The notes under the pieces: generated by a model
The model's database searches: none
Seen by the model: only the letters and a program-made list of their open reading frames with translations
Told to the model about the DNA's origin: nothing
Shown here: one piece after another, positions 61,447-64,000 of the stretch
How positions within the stretch are numbered: position 1 is the first letter of the stretch
Layout of the letters: every line of letters starts with the position of its first letter
Position numbers and translations under genes: made by a program
IMG/VR virus record: IMGVR_UViG_3300008261_001864
Location: 1-64,000 of that record
Source of the DNA: a virus
Reading direction: 5' to 3' (one strand)
DNA length: 64,000 nucleotides

Positions 61447-64000
61447 CTATTTGCCGTACTTCTTGGAGGCACCCGTGGCACCGGCACCATAGGTGGGTTC
61501 GGGGGGCGGTGCGGACGGAGTGTTGACAGCGGCATCCGAAAGCGGGCCTCCGTTGACGGCCTGTGCAAGTTTCAGCTTCTCCTCGTCGAGTTGCTGCTGG
61601 TACTTGTTGACGCGGGCTTGGGCCTCATCCAACACATATTGCGGGACAGGGGGGACCGCCTGCTGTGCCTTGGCAAGGTCGGCCTGTGCTTGTGCGAGAG
61701 CCTCGGCGTTGCGGGCGACCGAGAACTCAAGGTTCTTGATGACGGTCCCTCGGACAAAGCTATCCGCAGCGGTGGTGACCGCCTCTTGGAAGCCCAGCTT
61801 GGCGGTATCGACCATCCCTGCAATATCCGTGAAGCCCATAGCCGCCCAACGGGCTGGGTCATTGAAGGGCGGCTTGAAGCGGCTGTCGGGCGTGCCTGTA
61901 TCGTTGTCTGGGAAGCGGCCAGGTGTTGTCGGTGCGTCACCGCCTCGAAGCGCCTTCTCTAGTTCTTGGTGTGGCTCGTCCAAGGCTTTGTAGAGGTCGA
62001 ACAGGTACTTGTTGACCTTGGTGATGACTTGATCGGACGTAATCGCAGGCAAGGTGTCGGTGTTGACAGGTCGGTTGTCGGTCCTGCCGCCCGTGGTTGT
62101 GATGGTGGTGCCTTCGAGCGTGACAGGAGCGCCGGTTAGACCGTTGACGGGTTCAATCTTGGTGGCTTGGCTCATAAACGCCAAGTCGGACCGCGACAAC
62201 AGACACGAACAAGGTGACGCACCCCCCGTGACGTCACCCTTGACCGACATCTCGGCAAGGGTGAGGGCGCGGGTTAGCTGCGTGGCCTCAATGCTGTCAG
62301 GTATCCGCAGCGTCTCAGTGGACCCCAGAGGAGCGGAGTTGATGAGGTTGGTGGCCGTCGATGAGTAGTCGGGAGTGGTCACTGTGGGGGTGCCAGAACT
62401 AAACTTGGAGCCGAACTGAGTGGCCCCCGTCTCTAGGTCCTCGGGCTGCAAGGTCGCAAGGTTCCGCGCAGGGTTGGGGAACGCTGTCGTGACCCCTCGG
62501 AGGCCCACGGACTGCGCGATCAGCGTGTCCGACAAGTTGCCCGAGAGCGTGGTCTGGAGGGAGATACTGGCGGCCTGATTGGCTTGGTTGGCGTTCCAGA
62601 CAAGGGACCCGTCTCGTAGCGACAGGCCACGGCCGTACCGAAACTGACCGACAACCTCAAAACCACGCTCATCCGAGACGGGACGGATGAGCGCCATACC
62701 ACCTCGGGAAGTAGTCTTGAACCCCGCAGAGTCATCGCTGATTCTCGCGGCACTAAGAAGGATTGTCTCAGCGACGACGGGCTTATTGTTGGAAACCGCA
62801 CCGCCCGCGTCGTACAGGTAGGTGAACACACCTGCCGAGTTCAGCCCGTATTGATAACGGTTCTGCATATACTTGACGCGGAGGGCACTTGATTTTCCTT
62901 CCTGTAGGGACTTGTCATACGCCGCTGCAAGGGAGGTCATGTTCGTGGTGCGTCTTTCTTCTGCGGTCTTACGAGCCTTGTCCTCTGCGGCCTTGGGCAA
63001 CCGTTCTACCTTTTTGATCTCGGAGCCACCCACCCCTGACTCGGAGGGTAGCTTCGTGGGCTTGAAAGGCCGTGTGTAGGCCATGACCACGTTAGGGAAC
63101 CCGCAGGGGCGTCCCGTCTTTGGGTGGCGCAAGATGAGAGGCGCGTAGGGGTTCTGGGCAGCGGGCTTATCGAACATCGACAAATCTTCGGGGGGCAGCA
63201 CGGCGGCGTCCCCCAACTCGATCTTGAACTTCGCCGCCTCGGCCAACTGCCTCGCCGTGTACTTGAAGATGCCCGGATTCTGCTCGATGGTTTCCGGCGC
63301 TGCCACGGTACCCGTTGGGGCTGCCTTTCCTGTTGTCGCGGCTTTTGAGACGGCGGGAGGGGTATAGCCCGTGAGTTTCAACTTGCCGATGCCTCTCGGC
63401 GCGAAGAACTTGGTTCTACGAGCCGTCAACGTCAACGTCGTCTGGGCCGACCCACCAAACTGAATGTTGTGCGATACGCCCGTGACGTACCACATCTGGT
63501 CTTTGGGAGCGACGTAGATGGGGAACCCCATCCGTAACTCGGGCCGCAGCGGGATGCTGACCGTCCCGCGATGACGACGGGCGTTCAAGCGATCCATCAC
63601 GTCCATGCCGTAGTAGAACATGAGTTGGGGGTCGCCCATGAACTCGCTGTTCAACTGGTGGGTGCGCCAGCCGTACTTACGAAGGAGGTGCCAATCCGTC
63701 ACGCTGGTGAACGGCTCAATGTCCTGCGGCATACCGTAGTCGATGGCACCACCGAAACTACCCGCCATCTGGACCTGGGTGACTACTTCCGACTCGGACT
63801 CCGAGAAGTCCCAATCTATGATGTCGATGTCCTGTATCCAACTGACCGGCTTGTTGGGCAGGGTGTCGAGGTTGTAGAAGGGCGGCTTGAACACGATGTC
63901 GCCCGTCACGTCCATGTAGAACTCGTACCCAATGGCGTCCTTGGCGGCGTTGGCGATCTCTAGCTTCGTCTGGTACTCGGACTGCCACAGGTTGACCTGC
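61447..64000 (-). CDS. Baseplate hub (gp27/gpD-like), 5' end outside the window
   Basis: Frame is open to the window edge: TKLEIA...IGYEFYMDVTGDIVFKPPFY, KYGWR, GTVSIPLRPELRMGFP, YVTGVSHNI...TTLTL. Confidence 0.85.
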   Translation of the reverse strand, partial: QVNLWQSEYQTKLEIANAAKDAIGYEFYMDVTGDIVFKPPFYNLDTLPNKPVSWIQDIDIIDWDFSESESEVVTQVQMAGSFGGAIDYGMPQDIEPFTSVTDWHLLRKYGWRTHQLNSEFMGDPQLMFYYGMDVMDRLNARRHRGTVSIPLRPELRMGFPIYVAPKDQMWYVTGVSHNIQFGGSAQTTLTLTARRTKFFAPRGIGKLKLTGYTPPAVSKAATTGKAAPTGTVAAPETIEQNPGIFKYTARQLAEAAKFKIELGDAAVLPPEDLSMFDKPAAQNPYAPLILRHPKTGRPCGFPNVVMAYTRPFKPTKLPSESGVGGSEIKKVERLPKAAEDKARKTAEERRTTNMTSLAAAYDKSLQEGKSSALRVKYMQNRYQYGLNSAGVFTYLYDAGGAVSNNKPVVAETILLSAARISDDSAGFKTTSRGGMALIRPVSDERGFEVVGQFRYGRGLSLRDGSLVWNANQANQAASISLQTTLSGNLSDTLIAQSVGLRGVTTAFPNPARNLATLQPEDLETGATQFGSKFSSGTPTVTTPDYSSTATNLINSAPLGSTETLRIPDSIEATQLTRALTLAEMSVKGDVTGGASPCSCLLSRSDLAFMSQATKIEPVNGLTGAPVTLEGTTITTTGGRTDNRPVNTDTLPAITSDQVITKVNKYLFDLYKALDEPHQELEKALRGGDAPTTPGRFPDNDTGTPDSRFKPPFNDPARWAAMGFTDIAGMVDTAKLGFQEAVTTAADSFVRGTVIKNLEFSVARNAEALAQAQADLAKAQQAVPPVPQYVLDEAQARVNKYQQQLDEEKLKLAQAVNGGPLSDAAVNTPSAPPPEPTYGAGATGASKKYGK

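Larger units (their letters stand above)
1..64000 (-). mobile_element. Segment of a large myovirus-like (probably jumbo) bacteriophage genome
   Basis: Co-oriented baseplate/tail, lysis and replication genes (PolA, DnaB-like helicase, ThyX, SNF2). Very large structural proteins. No host housekeeping operons or integrase in the window. Confidence 0.93.

Noticed and set aside
1-64000. Stop-codon reassignment, CRISPR array, tRNA genes, introns/inteins
   Set aside because: Genes are long and tightly packed under the standard code, with TAG, TGA and TAA all used as real stops. No spacer-repeat array or cloverleaf was seen, and the polymerase and helicases show no intein-sized insertions.
24290-64000. 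Bacterial eCIS/T6SS/tailocin locus rather than a phage
   Set aside because: The tail block is contiguous and co-oriented with lysis genes and a phage-type replication and nucleotide-metabolism module.

Overview
This 64 kb window is a gene-dense, GC-rich segment of a large, probably jumbo-type, contractile-tailed (myovirus-like) bacteriophage genome. All convincing genes but one are on the minus strand. In transcription order (right to left) it holds three blocks. (1) A ~40 kb baseplate/tail block (24-64 kb): hub, spike, a three-repeat putative spike tip, gp25-like wedge, baseplate J and I-like proteins, lectin/Ig-like proteins, two paralogous fibre-anchor proteins and two glycine-rich fibres. 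(2) A lysis-like cassette (19.5-24 kb): holin-like gene with an RBS-occluding hairpin, membrane proteins, a predicted outer-membrane beta-barrel, a J-domain protein and a PG-binding/chitosanase-type endolysin. (3) A replication, DNA-modification and host-takeover block (1-19 kb): SNF2 ATPase, degenerate loader-like protein, DnaB-like helicase, stand-alone primase Zn finger, TET/JBP-associated-type glycosyltransferase with an acidic partner, family A polymerase, DUF2997/DUF1257/Ycf46 AAA+ triad, RNAP alpha-CTD protein, NT5C-like nucleotidase, ThyX, nitrilase-family amidase and ClpX. The most interesting signals not explained by the ORF track are: a plus-strand island at 18.97-19.46 kb with a 53-aa acidic micro-gene ending in an SSB-tail-like EDDINF, followed by a candidate kink-turn-containing RNA; a 14-residue acidic motif shared by the polymerase N-terminus and the glycosyltransferase partner; two repeated bipartite promoter-like motifs; a ClpX with a rewritten RKH loop; and a lysis cassette with a beta-barrel but no recognisable lipoprotein o-spanin. 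All family calls come from motif recognition by eye; no searches were run.
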